A DNA stretch of 64,000 bases. Source: Octopus sinensis (lineage: Eukaryota). Shown here piece after piece: positions 11,790-25,500 of the stretch (its first letter is position 1; every line of letters starts with the position of its first letter). The stretch lies in assembly GCF_006345805.1 (NCBI RefSeq), contig NW_021832609.1, positions 1 to 64,000 on the forward strand, in the 5' to 3' direction. Below the pieces are notes generated by a model. It was not told the origin of the DNA and made no database searches. It worked only from the letters and a program-made list of their open reading frames with translations. A program made the position numbers and the translations under genes.

Positions 11790-12290
11790 AATAGTGATAA
11801 TGAAGTATTCAAAGTGTGGGGCATGAAGGTAAAAATAATACCAATAATAACTGGAGCATTGGGCATGATAAAAAAACATATGAACAGAAGTGTAGAAGCT
11901 ATACCTGGATCCTCAACACTACACACTTTTTAAAAAATAGCCCTACTAGGAACAGCCCACATTCTATGCAAGACACTATCAATCCAATAATACAACCTAA
12001 ACAAAACAACCTACAAATACAAGACACACTCTATACATCATTTACCCAGTGAAATATACTTCCACCAGCAAGCTAAACAACCAAAGCACTACACACTCAA
12101 CACATAATATAAGCAGTAATGCAACAGAAGACAGCACCACATCTCAAGGGAAAAAAAGGTAATACAGTAGAGTACTGGGAAGATGCACACTCCCAACAGC
12201 AGAAAAGAACATACAATGCTGCAACCCCCAGCAACACAGCAGTGTAGCAGGTGACGCAGTAGAAATTTGTCTCAATCTAACAAATATTGA
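11790..12290 (+). mobile_element. Second R4/Dong-like 3' fragment plus 3'UTR
   Basis: WGMKVKIIPIITGALGMIKK..KIALLGTAHILCKTL*. Confidence 0.7.
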
Positions 12291-12444
12291 ACAATTATAC
12301 AATAATAATGATGATGATGATGATGATGATGATGGTGGTGGCGGTGGTGGTGTGGTGGTTGTGGTGGTGGTTGTTATTTTATTTTATTTTATTTTATTTT
12401 ATTTTATTTTATCTTATTTTATAATTATTTTGTGAATTTAATAG

Positions 12445-12461
12445 GACTTCATCAGCAAAAG
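12445..12461 (+). CDS. Candidate 17-nt micro-exon (phase 2 to 1; ETSSAK)
   Basis: Acceptor TTTAATAG after a T-rich tract, donor AAG|GTAAGT; phase-compatible with both neighbours. Confidence 0.5.
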
Positions 12462-14399
12462 GTAAGTTTTGTTTTTAAGAAATTTGCATGAGGAAAAGAT
12501 GAATTTAGTTAGACAGACAAATTATTAAGAGACCATGTTGCAAAAAAGTAAGATATTAAGTGGTCAACCATCAAGAACAATTCGTTCTACATAAATGCAG
12601 CCATAGGTACTCATAATCAGTTCAGGTAAAGGTTTTGGAGAAAAGTTCCTAACATAAAAGCAGAGCCTAGAATGAAAGGGCCTAAAGGTTACTTTGGCAA
12701 AAATGAAATTTTTAGCTTGCAGAAAATAAAAAAAAACACTATTCCAAACTGGATGTAGCCACACTCATTATGTAGAAAGGGAGCCAGTAAACACTCTATA
12801 CTATATAACCAATGTAAACAATAAGTACACAAAAAGTACAAGACAGGCTTATAGAGAAAGGGATTTCATTCATAAAAGCACTCCCAAGAAATAAGGAAAT
12901 TTCTCAAGTTTGATAATAGTTGGTATCTTCCATAACTTAACTGTCTTAATCAGCATTAGAAATGAGTGTTGGGAAAGCATAATAGGTGGAGTAAGGATAG
13001 GTTATAAAAGTCCAGGGAGCAACTGCCTTTGTTGACAACAGAGAGGTTCTCTCTGTGGATGCTAAATGTCCGGAAAGAAATGCATCAGGTATATTCCAGT
13101 TGTATAGACAACATGCATAACATCATTATCATCGTTGTCGTTTAACATCCACTTTCCATGCTGGCAAGGGTAGGACAGTTTGATAGGAGCTGGCGAGGCA
13201 GAATCCTGCACCAGACTTCTTTTACTGTTTGGGCAGGATTTTTACAGCTGGATGCCCTTCCTAACACCAACCACTCACCAGAGTGGGCTTAGTGATTTTT
13301 ACATGGCACAAGCACAGGCAAGGTCAGTTTTGGAAAGGTTTGGATGCCCTTAGAAATGCTAACCATTTTTCGGTGTAGACTGGATGCTTTTTAAGTGGCC
13401 AAGAGGACAGGATTTGGAAGTGGAAGGTAAGCATAGTGTATGAAGTGGAAATGCAAGGAAGAGACATAAGTTATACATAAGTTATTGTACAATAACTTAT
13501 GTATAACATAAAACTCGCTTTAAAGTGTACCTTCCTTCTGGATTTCATAAACAATATATTGACAGAACTCCATCAATATAACAAAGTTTAATATTAATTC
13601 TATTCAATCTCTTGTAACATAAAGAAAAAGCCTATCAAAACACTAAGATATACTTTGACCTAATTTAATATATATATATAAAACTCCCAATTTCCTCCTG
13701 GAACTGATGTTAATTAGCCGGCAGCCTAAAGATAAACTTTATAGATTTCAACGTATCCCTCATCACTTCCCTTTATATCTTAAACAGGAAAGAATAAGGA
13801 AATAAACTTGCCATGAAAAAATAAATAAACTCAGTTTGCTTCAAACTACACTTGTTGAAAGACCCTGAATGAAGGTGCACAGCAGATTATGCTGGGTTGC
13901 ATGTGCATTTGTACATACTCTGTGGAGCAGAAACCTGTTGGTCATTTTAACCAACTAATTATGGATGACCAACTGTAAAATGAAAAGAAAAATTTGATGA
14001 TGTACCAGTCTCTGTATTTCTTGTAATTGTTTGAAATTTACACTCCTAATAATATTCATGATCCAGAGGAATGAATCCAGAGTCACCCATCAAAAGAATC
14101 AAAGCAAGATTGCTCATACTAAGTGAGCATTGATGCTTATTACTACTTTATTCAATTAGCCATAACCTGAAATATACCTGGGAGCTATTACAGTACCCAC
14201 CTGGATAATTTATCCCTGTATACTCACCTTACGCACTTTCGGTCACACACACACACACACAAATGTCTATAGAAAACAGATGTTAAATGATGGTGATGAT
14301 GATGTTTCTTTATCATCATCATCATCATCATAATCATTTAGCATTTGTTTTCCATATGTACATATGTCATGATTCAGTTTTATTTCAAGATTTCTTGCC

Positions 14400-14860
14400 A
14401 GTAGAGATAGAGTTGATTTCTAACCTAGATCATTATATTAGGTTTGTTGTGCTTACGTTTTATTGAGATTTTCACTGGAACATTCCACCAGTACTCTTTT
14501 TTTTATTATGAGTGACTTTGACTTCTTCCATACAGTGAGTTTTTATTTCTTTGTCCTTGGGGTTATCCTTCTGACAGGTTACATATTAGAGAATATCCTA
14601 GCTACAACATCATATCTTATCGGAAGATAATATTGGGATAATATTTTCGGACAACTGCTTATGATGTGGGTGATGTCTTTGGTGTCAACTCCACAAGGTC
14701 TGCATGGTTTGTCACATTTCACTGCTTTTCCCGCATCTCTATCCATTTTGTGCATCAGGTATTCGTTGATGTTTCCTGTTCCAGGATTGCAAACGCATCC
14801 CCTTCAAAGTGGAAGGTCATAACCCGGCTGTTGGTCAATGATAGACTGCTTTGATGATCA
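14400..14860 (-). mobile_element. R4/Dong-like LINE fragment with CCHC knuckle
   Basis: CRPCGVDTKDITHIISSC..YYLPIRYDVVAR (C-x2-C-x8-H-x4-C). Confidence 0.7.
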
Positions 14861-16204
14861 ATGTTACTATCATCTCAGAGCTTTCTACTAACATATACAT
14901 GCATAGTTTTCTGCTCATATATGCTCATCTTTGCATGTATGCATGTATATGTGTCTGTATACAAGTGATATAGTATATATGTGTCATTATGAAATAGAAT
15001 TGAAAGTATTTTAGAAAGCCAACACTGATCTAGCTTGTTATAAAAGAGTTTAAACAAAAGCAAACTCAAAAGATTTCAGCTTTTGCCTTATATTTCAATA
15101 TTTCAGTCTTAAAAAGCCTTTGTCAAGGTATTTGTAAAGACCAAAGCTAAACTCAATCAATTTCTCTTTATAAAGCTTAACTATTGAAATACAAGATATT
15201 TCTTAGTGGAAATATAAGGAAGATGCTTAATGTTTGAGGATCTATTCCTTATTTTACTACATATACTGTTTTTACATATTTCATTCCATACATAGGCAGC
15301 CTTGGCACTGATTGGTAGGGCTGATTCATAAATTGATAGGTTCCTGCAGGTAGCTTTCCCATGAAAGAAAGAATTAATACACCATTCTTCCTATGACTTC
15401 AAATCAGAAATAGATGGAGCTACACACACACACACACACACATATTTATATAAAGAAAGAAGAGAGAGTGGGGAGAGCTGGTATTATCAGGATGTTTCAT
15501 TTCAAAGTCTGTATTTCTTTATACAGTTGAACAAGATATATGTTTTCCTTTTCATGAGAAGTCAACATGAGTTATCTACAAATCTGGCTAAGAAAGTTCA
15601 AGAGTGACTGGAGCTAAGTGCTCTAACACTTTCTTATATGTAATGGTTAGGATTTTACGTAGTATTTATGATTAACATAATTTTGGTATGGTTTTTAAGG
15701 AGTTCATTCCTTTCAAATCACTAACTACTTTATATCATAGTGTATACTATCATGTCAGTGACACTAGAAAGCTGGCCTTTCTGGTTTCTTCTACACTGTA
15801 ACACTTTTTACTGCTCTCCTAGTAAAGTTGTTGTTGTTCCAGCTTGCAAATTTCTTGCCTCTTACATGTCTAGTCTAGAAATCTTTTCATTAAATGTTAG
15901 GTTTGTTCATGTTTCCCACTTTGTAGATGGATCTCCTTACTGCAGCTGTGAAATCACATCCTTCTATGACTTCCACCATTTACCTAGCATCGTTATCATA
16001 GTATTTATTTATCTAGCTTATGTGCCACACTATGAGACTGAACCCAAGACCATGTAGTTGAGAAGCAATCTTCTCAGCCACACAGCCATCACTGTGTTAT
16101 CATATATGATATATATATATAATTATTTTAAATTAATCATAAATTATTTCCTCTTTTCTATAACATATTTAATTATAGATACCACTTTCTTATTGTTAAT
16201 AACA

Positions 16205-17072
16205 TCGTGGCCGTTCGCCAGCCTCATCTAGCACCTGTGTCGGTGGCACATAAAAACACCATCCGAAGACCCGGCAAGACTAGTCAGGCCATAACCCATG
16301 GCCCCTACCTGGGACGTAGTCAGTCCACCTGTGCATACCTTCCTTCTTGTGACACTTGTGAAGACCTGTTGAGGCAAGTGAAAATCAAAACAAATCAAAT
16401 AGATGAACATCAATGGAATTTGTATCTTTGTGGTACCAGTGCCGGTGGCACGTGGCACATAAGAAAACCATCCGAACGTGGCTGTAGCCAGTACCGCATC
16501 GACTGGCCTCCGTGCTGTGGGCACGTAACAAGCACCATCCGATCGTGGCCGTTTGCCAGCCTCATCTGGCACCTGTGTCGGTGGCACATAAAAACACCAT
16601 CCGAGCGTGGCCGTCTGCCAGCCTCGTCTGGCACCTGTGTCGGTGGCACATAAAAACACCATCCGAGCGTGGCCGTTGCCAGCCTCGTCTGGCACCTATG
16701 TCGGTGGCACATAAAAACACATCCGAGCGTGGCCGTCTGCCAGCCTCGTCTGGCACCTGTGTCGGTGGCACATAAAAACACATCCGAGCGTGGCCGTCTG
16801 CCAGCCTCGTCTGGCACCTGTGTCGGTGGCACATAAAAACACCATCCGAGCGTGGCCGTTTGCCAGCCTCGTCTGGCACCTATGTCGGTGGCACATAAAA
16901 TCACCCACTACACTCTCGGAGTGGTTGGCGTTAGGAAGGGCATCCAGCTGTAGAAACACTGCCAGATCTGACTGGACTGGTGCAGCTTTCGGGCTCCCCA
17001 GACCCCAGTTGAACCGTCCACCCATGCTAGCATGGAAAGCGGACGTTAAATGATGATGATGATGATGATGAT
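16205..17072 (+). mobile_element. RTE 3'UTR copy with an expanded ~60-bp minisatellite
   Basis: About 6 tandem units CGTGGCCGTCTGCCAGCCTCGTCTGGCACCTGTGTCGGTGGCACATAAAAACACCATCCGAG (16545-16900) plus one unit at 16205; ends CCATGCTAGCATGGAAAGCGGACGTTAAA(TGA)n. Confidence 0.8.
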
Positions 17073-17339
17073 TAAAGAATAATCCAAAAACTAAATGTAT
17101 GTGTGGATACTGTTTTCTGTTTTTGGTTGGGGTTGTAGCATTGATAGGTGCATGGCAGTAGTGATCATTCATGTCTATGATGATGTGTTTGATTGACAGT
17201 ATTCAAAGAGGAATCAGATAAAAAATTTAAAGAAAACAAAAAATGATTGTATGAAAATCATATATTCTATTGGTTAAAATAATTACAGTAATTTAGTGTT
17301 ACGGACATGCTCTTCTTGTAACTCTAATCTGTTACCATG

Positions 17340-17434
17340 ACCATTTCTGCAACCGAAACCACCACCATTACTACTACCACTGCTACTCCTCTTCTTACTA
17401 CTACTACTACTACCAGTACCTCCACTACCTCTAT

Positions 17435-17505
<71 letters not shown>
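17340..17505. repeat. (CTA)n microsatellite
   Basis: Degenerate then pure ACT repeat; the poly-Thr ORF is an artefact. Confidence 0.9.
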
Positions 17506-18310
17506 GGCCAGCATTTTTAAGGGGAGGAGAAAAAGTAAATTACATTCACCCCTATAATTGGTACTTAATCAAACTTAAAGCAATGAAAATCAAAGTTGAT
17601 TCAGGCAAGATTTGAACTCAGAACATAAAGTATGAACAGAAGTATCACTGATCGATCATTTTTTCCATGTTCTTATAATCCTGCTCTTAATGATAATAGT
17701 TTCAACTTTTAGTACTTTTAGTGGGCAGGGCAAGTTGATTACATTATCCCACTACTAAATTAGTATTTTATATTATTGACCCCAAAAAGATGAAAGGCAA
17801 AGCTGAGTTCAGTGGTATTTGAATTCAGAATGTAGAGCCAGAAGAAATACCACAAAGCTTCTTGTCCAACACAGCAATGATCCTGACAGCTCATGCCCTT
17901 ATAATAATAAGGTTAAATGTCTCAAATTTAAACATAAGGCCAGCAAAATTTAGTGGGGAGGATAAATCAATTATATCGACCCCAGTGTTCAACTAATACT
18001 TATTTTATCAAGCCTTCTCCCCTCCCTCTAAGGATCAAAGGCAGTCAATCTTCACAGAATTTTAAAAGAACATAAAGACGAACAAAATGCTGCGAAGCAT
18101 TTTGTCTAGCATACTAATGAGTTTTGTCACCTCACTACCTTAATAATAATTATAATTATTATTATTATTGTTGTTGTTATAATGTCTATCAAATTTTGCA
18201 CAAGGGCAACAATTTTTGGATTGAGGGGATGAGTCAAGTTGACTTCAGTGGGATTAGAACTCAGAATATAAAGAATTGGAAGCAATACCAAAAAGAATTT
18301 AGTTGTATAG
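17505..18310 (-). mobile_element. Cluster of about 4 tandem tRNA-derived SINE copies separated by (AAT)n
   Basis: Repeated AGGCCAGCAA..GGGGAG..ATCGACCCCAGT..TACTTATTTTATC..GCAAAGT..ATTTGAACTCAGAA; the same family occurs at 26610-26960 and 28612-28960. Confidence 0.7.
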
Positions 18311-18890
18311 TTTCTTTTTTGTTTATGAAACATGTGTAAGCTGGTACGAATTAAATAGTTTATACACAAACTTTCTTGTTTTGTCATGTGTATATATTCT
18401 GTGACATACCCAACTGTGGATTCCTAACAATGCATGGTTAATAATGTAACTTCTTGTGGTCTCCCATTAGATACACACATGGCACAAAACTACCTCCCTC
18501 AATACTACTCCCTCCTCTGTTGGGGGCTTTTGTCTTGTAAATTACTTTGTGATCTCACCAGTGCTGCTGTCACATAAAAGGCACCTAGTACAGTGTGTAA
18601 AGTGGTGAGCATTAAGAAAAGCATCCAGCTGTAGAAGCCATGCCAAAACAGACAGTTGAACTTGGCACAGTCTTCTAACTTACCAGCTTCTAACAAAGCA
18701 TGTAACCATTGAAAACAGACTTTAAATGATGAAGTGATGACATAACTATATATATATGCATACATACATATATATCTATATATTTAGCGAAAGAGACAGA
18801 GAGAGAGAGAGGGAGTTGAGTGAAGGAGAAAAGGAGTAGATCCAACTTACGGAGTGCAAATGACAGAGAAAATTAAAGGGGAGGATATAA

Positions 18891-19100
18891 GTCTAACAGC
18901 TGTTTCTGGGAGAATGTTGCTAGATGTATTCATCACAGTACGTAGGCCATAATGGAAGGCAATCAGAATTGGATAAATTGAGCTGCCATCAAGTTCAAAG
19001 GTGGACAGATTAAATGTGGAGAGCAAGCACTATTAGAGGAAGGAGGTAGGAAGGAGTTATGGCGAGTGTTAAGACAGAATGGTGAGAGGAAATAAATAAA
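18891..19100 (-). mobile_element. Penelope-like element 3' end with degenerate hammerhead
   Basis: Peptide STFNLSTFELDGSSIY resembles the PLE terminal LIFxLxTxxPxGLN motif; followed by GTGATGA...GAAACAGCTGTTAGAC. Confidence 0.5.
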
Positions 19101-19739
19101 CTAGTTCAGAAAGAGAGTGAGGGGGGGCGCCTTAAGAATGGGAGTATTAAGGAAGTGGTAGTCGATGTGGAGTGTTTAGAGATGAGTGGGAGGGATGCAA
19201 TGGGTAGTAATTGAAGGGTAGTCAATTATTGGGTTTGTGTATAGTGTTGAGATAGTGAGAAAAGGGATGACAATTATTTGAGGGAGGGAAAGACTCTAAT
19301 TAGGCAGTAGAGGGAGATTACTAAAGTATGAACAGAGATATGAGATAAGATAAATGGAGGTGCATAGAGTGGGGAGTTAGTCGGTGATCAGAGTAGCTGT
19401 GGTTAGTACTATAATGAAGGTGGATTGGTGGTGGAGGGGGAGTACTGAGGTTTGAAAAGGTGTATGAAATTGGGTAGAGGGGTGGATGTTGATTGTTTAG
19501 TAGCTAATTGATTGTGGTAGTTGCAAGTGCTCTTGGTTGAAGATGAGAAATGAGATAATGGGGAAAGAATACAATTTGTGAGGGAGGTGGTATGTTGTGG
19601 GTAAGAAGAATTTTCAAAGGTAATCATGAGAAGGATGGTATTACTGGAGAAGATGCGTTGCTTCGCTAACCTTGTTGCACCCCAAGGTTAATTATAATTA
19701 ATGATAATCATTGTTATGAGATTACATAGATTTAATAAA

Positions 19740-20620
19740 ATGAGTAAATGATGAGTAGAACCTGTGTTTACAAGAGAGTATTACATCTGAGAATCTATTA
19801 AGTAATCAGGGATTATGCTTGCAAAGGATGATTAGTGATCCCTTACAAATACCAAGGTTTGAGTTGAACGAGGGAGCCTCCTTATGATGGATCGGGATAG
19901 AGTAGTTTGGGGATTTGAGTTTGTGTATGTAAGTTGCTAAGGTGGTAGAATATTTAGAATTTGGATTGGAGAAAGAGTCCATTTGTCCTCAGTAGCAGTG
20001 CTTGAAATTGACATGCTGTCGTTATAGACCCTTACTTGGTGGGAGCATAGTATTATTACTCTGCACTTGTAGAATATATTTTTGCATAGACAGAAACCTC
20101 CAAGAGGGCTAAATTGAAACACCTAATAATTGCAAGTTTTCCTACCTGCTCTGTGGTTTTCCTACCTACTCTGTGGTCTTCCTACCTGCTCTAGGAAAGA
20201 AGTGTGCAATTTTTGCCTTAAGTTTAGTGTTGGAGATATAAGAGTTCTTTTTACAGAAACCACTTATCTGCTGAGCTTGGTTATAGTGTGGGGCATGATT
20301 ATTAAAAATATCTTTGTTAGTAGATAAGCTGGAGATTCTGATAAAAATGTCTGTGACTATTCTATTAGGAGTAAGTTTAGGGTAATTTGATAGGATGTAG
20401 ATATATTGTAATGATTGATAGGGTTTCTAGAAAGGGTGATATAGATTTAAGATGTTTCCAGTGTGTGTCATTTTCGAATGAGATACCTAGGTTATGATTT
20501 TTTTAAATCCTGTAGAATTGATTCCCTGTAAAGATATCAGAGTCTAGGTTTGGATCATTTGAGCACTACTAAGCGTCTTCTACACTGAAAATCTCTGGAC
20601 CTCATCTTCTGGCTATATAA
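19740..20620 (-). mobile_element. Penelope-like element, GIY-YIG C-terminal remnant
   Basis: NSYISNTKLKAKIAH..NIFYKCRV..SFSNPNSKYSTTLATYIHKLK..LLNRFSDVILSCKH. Confidence 0.65.
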
Positions 20621-20651
20621 CATATATATATATATATATTGTGTAAACATA

Positions 20652-21910
20652 CAGGGGTTGAACAAAATAATGGAAACACCTTAAAATTTCAAACAAATTT
20701 ATTTTAATATGGGGTAGGACTGCCTGTAGCAGTAATTACAGCTTGAATTCTACAAGGTATGAACTTGTACAAAGTTTGAATTGTTTCCAAAAGAATTTTT
20801 GTCCATTATTCAGCTAAAAAAGTCTCCAGTTCTTGCAGTGATGATGGTGGAGGATATTGACTCCTTTTCCTGTTTTCCTAAAATGCACCACAAATGTTCA
20901 ATAATATTGAGATCTGGTGGCTGTGGTGGCAAGATAAGATGTTCAACTTCTCTAGAATGTTTCTCATGCCATTCAGTAACAACTTTAGCTGTTCTATGAA
21001 TTGGTGCATTATCATCCTGAAAGATTGCATTTCCCTTCAGAAACAGTTCTGCAATCATAGGATGAATTTGATCAGATAAAATGCTTAAATAGTCTGCCAT
21101 GAAGGGAAATCATTGGGCTGGCAGATTTCCAAGATATAGCCCCCTCCTCTCAGATCATCATAGATCCTCCTCCATGTTTAACAGTTGGAAGAAGGTAGTC
21201 TGGGTCAAAGGCTTGTTTTGGATGTCTCCACATGTATACTCGGCCAGTGGTCAGAAATATGGTAAAAGATGACTTGTCCAAGAAAATGACATTCTTCCAC
21301 TGCTCTGGGGATCAGTTTTGTAGGTTTTTACCCCACTCTAAACGCTTTGCAAAGTTGGTTTTTGAAAGTAGTGGTTTTCTGATTGCAGCCCTCCCATGAA
21401 ATCCAGCTTTGTGAAACTCCCAGCAATCAGTTTTGTGGAAACTGGGTTCTTGAGATGGTTATTAAGCTCTACAGTTACTTTGGGAGCTGTACTTTTGTGA
21501 TCCTTTCTAACAATTTGCGTAAGAGTCCAACAGTCCTTATCTGAAGGTTTTGGTTTTCTTCCAGAGTTTTGTTTTGACTAGAAGGTTTTTCCCACTTCCT
21601 CAAAGGCTGTCATTACTTTTGAGACAGGACTTCATGATACACCAAACATTTTGGCTGTTTTCATTACGCTAGCGCCTGCTATACGCATACCACAATTTGA
21701 CCTCTTTGAAAGTCCAATAGATCTGTTATTTTAATGAATTTCAATTAACTTTTTCTGTTGATATCTGAAAAGAAACAGCAATTTTAGCAAAACATATTAA
21801 GCAATACTAATAATAAATCAAATAACATAAATATAAACAAGCTTTTGATGGTTTTATAGATATTTCAAAATTATGATGCTACATGTTTCCATTATTTTGT
21901 CCAACCCCTC
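20652..21910 (-). mobile_element. Tc1-like DNA transposon, complete, transposase pseudogene
   Basis: TIR CAGGGGTTG(A/G)ACAAAATAATGGAAACA at both ends, TA flanks, motifs FQDDNAPIH and PDLNIIEHLW. Confidence 0.9.
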
Positions 21911-21959
21911 TAGATCTTCACATAGCTGTTCCTGAACAATGGGTGCCCAGAAAAAGAAC

Positions 21960-22314
21960 TAGTATATAAGACCAAAATCATGGGTTTGAACAGTAACAAA
22001 TACATATATTGGAATGATAGGGAACACCTTCAAATAAAGATATACATTGCACCTGGCTTTGTTCAGAGCCAAAAACAAAAAAACACACAATAATCCTAGC
22101 CAATATAGTATAGAGACTGAAAAAGAGAGGTGTGAGCAACATCCAGATGACCTGGAGTATTATTGCTAAGGCCAACAAGTACAGAGGACAGGGCAGGAAA
22201 TGCATGCTTTACATCACTGAAAAATTATACATTATCACACCAAAAGTGAATATTTTAAATATTAGGGATGAAACCTTCTTCCCTTGCATGCATAAGCAGC
22301 ATTTCACACTCTGA
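21960..22314 (+). mobile_element. Penelope-like GIY-YIG remnant
   Basis: LVYKTK..YIG..FK.RY..H..FR, then TWSIIAKANKY..CMLYITEKLYII..LNIRDETFFPCMHK. Confidence 0.7.
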
Positions 22315-22619
22315 AATTTCCAGCAAATATCCCCACCTACTCTGCCTCCTGTGCAACCTGGATAAATTTTCATTCCAAACATCAGTTATATGCATTATAT
22401 GAACTTCATGCATAAAAAAACACATGACCTCATAAACTTATGCTGAGCTCCCCTCACAGAAATATATGGGTCTCACACATATCCATGACATTACAAGTTA
22501 TATACAAACTTATGAACCCATAACACCATAAGTATCACATGAATTATGTGAAAGATATGTGAAACCTCACAATTATGAGTACACACCCAAACAGACATAA
22601 TACAGATCCAGAGTTCGCA

Positions 22620-22945
22620 CTCGCTGACGGCTGCAGTGAAATTCATTTTTGGACTTTCTTCTATCGAAGGCATTCTAACAAAAATGCTTCCGTATAAATG
22701 GTGAAAATATTGTCAGTTTTTGTTTCACTTTTAACACGTAATACTGAAATAGTGGAGAAGATATGATATTGCTATGGGCTCGCCTTAGACAAGAAGTCGA
22801 ACGTTTTTTTGATCATGAAAGTACATGGACCCTAAGTAAGGCATGTGTGAAATTTGAATGAAATTGGTTGTGTAGTTCTCAAGTTTTAGGGAAACACACA
22901 GACAGACTGACAGACACATTCTCAGTTTTATATATATATAGAAAT
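22620..22945 (-). mobile_element. Helitron 5' fragment
   Basis: Minus strand begins TCTATATATATATAAAACTGAGAATGTGTCTGTC; shares the MPSIEESPKMNF segment with 37290-37385 (+). Confidence 0.6.
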
Positions 22946-23014
22946 TTATATATATATATATATACATATATATATACGAAAGAAGGTTTGAAAATGCAAT
23001 TTAAAAGATGTTTA

Positions 23015-23060
23015 TTTACTTAACCGGTTTCACTCTTTGGAAAAAGTTTGTCAAAAGTAA
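23015..23060 (-). ncRNA. Degenerate type I hammerhead ribozyme motif
   Basis: TTACTT-TTGACAA-ACTTTTT/AAAGAGT-GAA-ACCGGT-T-AAGTAA: 6-bp helix I, palindromic helix III, core decayed from CTGACGA. Confidence 0.5.
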
Positions 23061-23179
23061 CATAGAATAGTATGAATTCAAAAAAATTTACATAATTGCC
23101 ATTAATATAAGACTTCTATCCTCAAGGTATTCCACCTCTAATTATAATGCCCCTAGATGTAACTGCAGAATTAAATCAA

Positions 23180-23583
23180 AATGCCCGGCCCCTGATTTAT
23201 GCGGGTTAATTAACATAACCTATAAGTGATCCGTAACCACAGATAATAATAAGTTCTCTTATGTTGGATGCACTGTAAATTTTAAACAGAGATTGAATAA
23301 CCATCTCTCATCTTTTAAATTACGTCATAAGGCTGATAGCACTTCTCTTTCTAGTAAAATTTGGGAACTAAAAAACAATAATATCAAATATAACCTTATT
23401 TGGGAATTAGTCAGAAGAGCAAAACCCTATAAAAATAGCAGAGTAGGCTGCCAACTTTGCTCCATGGAAGCATTTGAAATACTAATGTATAAAAATAATG
23501 GAGAAATTCAATTAAACAGCAGAATTGAACTTGGAAATTCTTGTATACATGCTCGGTTTAAGACTCTTAAATATTTTAAATGA
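23180..23583 (+). mobile_element. Penelope-like GIY-YIG endonuclease C-terminus
   Basis: YVGCTVNFKQRLNNHLSSF..STSLSSKIWELK..WELVRRAKPY..CQLCSMEAFEIL..LNSRIELGNSCIH. Confidence 0.85.
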
Positions 23584-25091
23584 TATTTTAAATCATATCT
23601 CAATTGATAACTGTATACTGGAATCATTTTACATAAAATTCATTTTGACTTACATATCACTCCTACATAGTATATTATATATTTAACTGGAAAGATAAGT
23701 TCTAACTAGCTATGATTATAATTTTTTCTCTCTCTGATGGTACTATTTAATACTTATTGACTTAAATTATTTGATTTATTTCTATTGGACCATATTATTA
23801 ATAAATTAAATTTTGCTCTATTTTTATCTCCATTTCTTAGTCTATTTTTTATCCCATTATTAATATTAGTTAGTTAATTCTCTTAATTTCTTTTAAACTT
23901 TTAAAAATTAATTCTGCTAATACCAGACCTATCGTAGTGTATTGTGATGTGATATAATATATCTAAATAATATAATATAATATAGTGTAGTGTATTATAG
24001 TTTAGTATAATAATAATATAATTGTTTAATTTCATTTAAAAACATTATGTATGTATTATAGTTTAGTATAATAATAATATAATAGTTTAATTTCATTTAA
24101 AAACAACCCCATTTTTCTTTCCTTTCTAATGACCTCTTTGTAACCTGACAATCTATTAATAGTAACATTTATAAATAAAGAAATAAATTGTTGACCTCAG
24201 TTCGAATTTGTTCCAAACAAACTTAGACTTTTTGTTAGTATCAAATTGTGCCCATCCCCTTAGCTTCCCCTTTCTCTTTGACAGCTTAAATAGCAGTAAC
24301 TGATTAAATTCCTACCCCCTTCCTCCTCTTTCTGTGATTCTTGAAAATTTCATTAACAACCTGAACCACTACAATATAAGACTGTCATTTTTGCTTCTCA
24401 TTCGGACTCCCTGATATTTTCGCATGATTGTACCCTAAATCTCTCCACAAAACTGGATTACGAACTATAAGGACATACACAAATTTTGTAAGTTCAAGAC
24501 TTTTTCATCGGATCTCCAAAAAATCGAACCTATCTGCGATTCTTGTAAATTTCAATAACAATCTGTTCCTCCACACGATATGACAGTCACTATGTTTTTA
24601 CTCAGACTTTCCTCTACATGATGTGGCAGTCACTTTGCCTCTTAATTGGATTTTCAGAAATTTTGCATGACTGTATCCGAAAATTTCTTTATACAACTTG
24701 ATCAAATATTCAATATGAGCTATATGTAGACATGCATAAATTCTATATGTTTAAAACCTTTCATCGGATCTCCATGAATCGAACTTTCTTCAATGCAGTT
24801 AATCTTACAACCTCTTTTGGATCTACCCCTTTTGATGTTTGGGAATTCTCTGATATTTTTTCGGCTGACGAGTACGAGCCATCTGTATTCACTGCATTTT
24901 TTGTAGCTTATTAAAGATGTCCTCGTACGAAACGATCGTACCGAGATTTTAATCCATTCTTGTTGCTTTTTTCCTATTTATAATCACCCCACTTGTCGTA
25001 TGGTTAAACCATATAGATATCCGGTGCATCCTAGTTAAGGACCATATTCATGTGAATTCTTTAGAATTCACTAGAATCTCAATTACTTAAC

Positions 25092-25166
<75 letters not shown>

Positions 25167-25235
25167 GTTAATTTTAGTATGATGCACTACACACTGAAAT
25201 AATAAGTTTTGCATTTTCCATTTCTTTTCTTAAAG

Positions 25236-25277
25236 GTACTGAAGATAATTATGCGACTATTTCAGATGAAGCTCTCA
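25236..25277 (+). CDS. Candidate 42-nt symmetric phase-1 exon (GTEDNYATISDEAL)
   Basis: Acceptor TTTTCCATTTCTTTTCTTAAAG and donor A|GTAAGT; a paralogous copy at 30101 keeps both splice sites and the reading frame. Confidence 0.65.
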
Positions 25278-25425
25278 GTAAGTATAATTAACACCAAATA
25301 ACAAATAATTTTGTATTGGTTTCAATGTTTGGCACAAGGCCAGCAATTTTTTGGGAGGGAGAAATCAATTTCATCAACCCCATTGCTCAATCTGTACTTA
25401 CTTTATGTGTGTGTGCGTGTATATA

Positions 25426-25498
<73 letters not shown>

Positions 25499-25500
<2 letters not shown>

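Noticed and set aside
16545-16900. CRISPR-like regular array
   Set aside because: The units are contiguous with no unique spacers, there are no cas genes, and the array is part of an RTE 3'UTR in a eukaryotic context.
17337-17615. Mucin-like poly-Thr ORF
   Set aside because: It is a (CTA)n repeat running into a SINE, with no supporting splice sites.
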